From: a virus
Taxonomy: Duplodnaviria > Caudoviricetes
IMG/VR virus record: IMGVR_UViG_3300033067_000014
Coordinates: 1 to 26,556 of that record
DNA length: 26,556 nucleotides
Strand: one strand, 5' to 3'
Part shown: in pieces, positions 24,632 to 26,556 of the stretch
Position numbering within the stretch: the stretch's first letter is position 1
Layout: each line of letters begins with the position of its first letter
The notes under the pieces: model-generated
Database searches by the model: none
The model's input: only the letters and a program-made list of their open reading frames with translations
Told to the model about the DNA's origin: nothing
Position numbers and translations under genes: made by a program

Positions 24632-26305
24632 TCAAAATAATCGTAGTCCATAGGAGTCTGATACGAATACGTTATCCAAATGGCAGTGCAAAGCCATAAT
24701 CATGGCAATGATTCCGTCCACCTTGGCGGATGGGTCGGCCTCGTTTTTTCTCACTTTTACGTTGCCGTTCACATCGGTGTATACCTCGCAGTTGCCCAAT
24801 TGCCATCCAACAAACGGATTCCCGTCATGTTTAATTGCCTTCTTGAGAATCAACTGTTCCGCCGTTTTCGACGGGTTGGATAGTACTGCCATGCCTTGTC
24901 CAACCTTTTTGACTGGAAGGCCATAGGAGAAAAGATTGGCGACAAGAGCAGCAGCGTTGTAAGGGTCATAGCCAATTTCTTTGACTTCATAGGTTTCGGC
25001 CTCTTGTCGAATGTAGGACTCAATCTCGTTCAGGTCGGTCACGTTGCCGGGCGTGAGATGCAGGATGCCAGATGCCACGGCCTGACTAAAGATTGACTTG
25101 TAGTGGTTTGGAATCAGCTCAATCGACTCCTCTGGCAAGAAGAATTTGAACTTGGCGTACAGGTCTTCCTCGGCATATCGGTGGAGCGTCACCACGGCAT
25201 TCAAATCTCGGCTGTGGGCCAAGTCGAATCCAATGAACGTGGCTTCTGGTTTGTCAGCAGGCAAAGGAGCCACGGACTCATCCCAATATCGACGGTCAAC
25301 CCATGCCGCATTGGAGCTGACATAGATGTTGAGCTGCTTACACAAGAACTCGTTGAGGGAGGCAGGCTTGCTCTTGGCTTCGTCGGCCATGTGCTGAATT
25401 GCCTCAGTCGTCACCGACACGCCAAGCATGGGGTTGGCCTTGCCCCATACGGCGGGGTCAGACCACTCATCGCCGGGGTCTACCGAATACAGCAAGCCAA
25501 ACCAACGATGCGAGTCTTCCGCCGCTCCACGCAACACAGCGCGAAAGTGATTCAAGTCCTCAAAGAACTTTGTCTCTTTGGTGAAACTGGCTGTCGTCAG
25601 GTACATCCTTAAAGGATTCTTACGCGCAGCCATGCCTGAGTGCAACACCTCGATTGAGCCTCGCTCGGTAATCTGAGCCGCTTCGTCAATCATCGCGCAC
25701 GATGGGTTTTTGCCGTCACCAGTCTTACGGTTCTCACGGGACAGGGCGCGGTAAGTGGATGTCGAATCACCCGCCTTTTTCAGCTCACTTCGGAATGGGA
25801 TAAATCGGCTTTGCAGTTCGGGGGCCATGCTTTCCATGATGGCCTTGGACGAGTCAAAGCAAATAGATGCCTGCTCACGATTGGTCGCCAATGTGAATAC
25901 TTCGGGGCCAGCTTCACCAAACAGCAATTCGTACAGGGCGATGATGGATGCAAGCGTGGTCTTGCCAGACTTGCGAGGCACGAACAGGATAACGTCCGTC
26001 ACCCATCGAATGCTGTGGTCTGACTTGTTGCGGAATCCATACACGGCAGCAAGAAACAGGACTTGGAATCCCTCAAGCTCAATTGACTTCCCTGCGTCTG
26101 GCCCTTTGACATGACGGCAGAACTTAGCGAACTTGAGGATGTGTTCAGCCTTGGCGGGGACGAACTCGTATGGCGCATCCTTGCGCTCAACCATGTCCAA
26201 GAATCGCTGACAAGCAATCTTGACATCCTCACACGCGAGTTGGTCGCCACGAACAATGGCAGTGGCGTACTTAAACGCAGGCTCAAGCAGTGTTGAATAA
26301 CTCAT
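24632..26305 (-). CDS. terL: Terminase large subunit
   Basis: Walker A VPRKSGKTT, Walker B AMIDE, WGKANPMLG, nuclease GFDLA and KVDGIIA. Confidence 0.96.
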   Translation of the reverse strand: MSYSTLLEPAFKYATAIVRGDQLACEDVKIACQRFLDMVERKDAPYEFVPAKAEHILKFAKFCRHVKGPDAGKSIELEGFQVLFLAAVYGFRNKSDHSIRWVTDVILFVPRKSGKTTLASIIALYELLFGEAGPEVFTLATNREQASICFDSSKAIMESMAPELQSRFIPFRSELKKAGDSTSTYRALSRENRKTGDGKNPSCAMIDEAAQITERGSIEVLHSGMAARKNPLRMYLTTASFTKETKFFEDLNHFRAVLRGAAEDSHRWFGLLYSVDPGDEWSDPAVWGKANPMLGVSVTTEAIQHMADEAKSKPASLNEFLCKQLNIYVSSNAAWVDRRYWDESVAPLPADKPEATFIGFDLAHSRDLNAVVTLHRYAEEDLYAKFKFFLPEESIELIPNHYKSIFSQAVASGILHLTPGNVTDLNEIESYIRQEAETYEVKEIGYDPYNAAALVANLFSYGLPVKKVGQGMAVLSNPSKTAEQLILKKAIKHDGNPFVGWQLGNCEVYTDVNGNVKVRKNEADPSAKVDGIIAMIMALHCHLDNVFVSDSYGLRLF

Positions 26306-26556
26306 CTATGGCAGTGGGTGTAGATGTCTTCTTTGGGCGACCACGGGCCACAAGCGCAAGCTCGGCCAGAATCTTGATTGCTTTGTCGAGACATTCGGTT
26401 CTTATCTTGTAGTACGGAGAAGTTGCGGGGCCAGAGTTGTAATGCTCAATCATGCCTTGGGCCTGAATCACGCGCTCGGCATCAATCAAACTTTGCATGG
26501 TCATCACCAACATTCCCACCAAGGTTTCATCGCTCGCGGTCAAAGCGCCTGTGGAG
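26283..26556 (-). CDS. terS: Terminase small subunit (P27-like; 5'-truncated by window)
   Basis: Frame is open to the window edge; SPYYKIRTECLDKAIKILAELAL..RGR pattern; overlaps the terL start. Confidence 0.75.
   Translation of the reverse strand, partial: STGALTASDETLVGMLVMTMQSLIDAERVIQAQGMIEHYNSGPATSPYYKIRTECLDKAIKILAELALVARGRPKKTSTPTAIDELFNTA

Noticed and set aside
1-26556. tRNA, rRNA, integrase, att site or anti-defence genes
   Set aside because: None recognised by eye; coding density leaves little room for RNA genes. Lifestyle (temperate or lytic) cannot be determined from this window.

Overview
This is the late (morphogenesis and lysis) region of a tailed dsDNA phage of siphovirus type, with an HK97-type head and a lambda-like tape measure protein. 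From the right edge, the minus strand carries: terminase small subunit (partial) and large subunit, portal, prohead protease, two tandem paralogous HK97-fold capsid genes separated by an intrinsic terminator, head-tail connector, a free-standing GIY-YIG endonuclease, head closure, tail terminator, tail tube, tail assembly chaperones joined by a -1 frameshift, a displaced gp10-like gene, tape measure, Dit/hub-like genes, a GNAT acetyltransferase, a J-like tip protein, two fibre/adhesin modules, membrane proteins, a holin, a second GIY-YIG endonuclease and a GH24 endolysin. The first ~1 kb holds small plus-strand genes converging on the endolysin. The most notable observations are the two-capsid arrangement, the frameshift site with a long downstream hairpin, the junction signatures of both endonucleases, and the GNAT and cupin genes inside the tail module. 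All product calls come from motif recognition and gene order; no database search was run. A Gram-negative host is inferred from the gene content, not shown.
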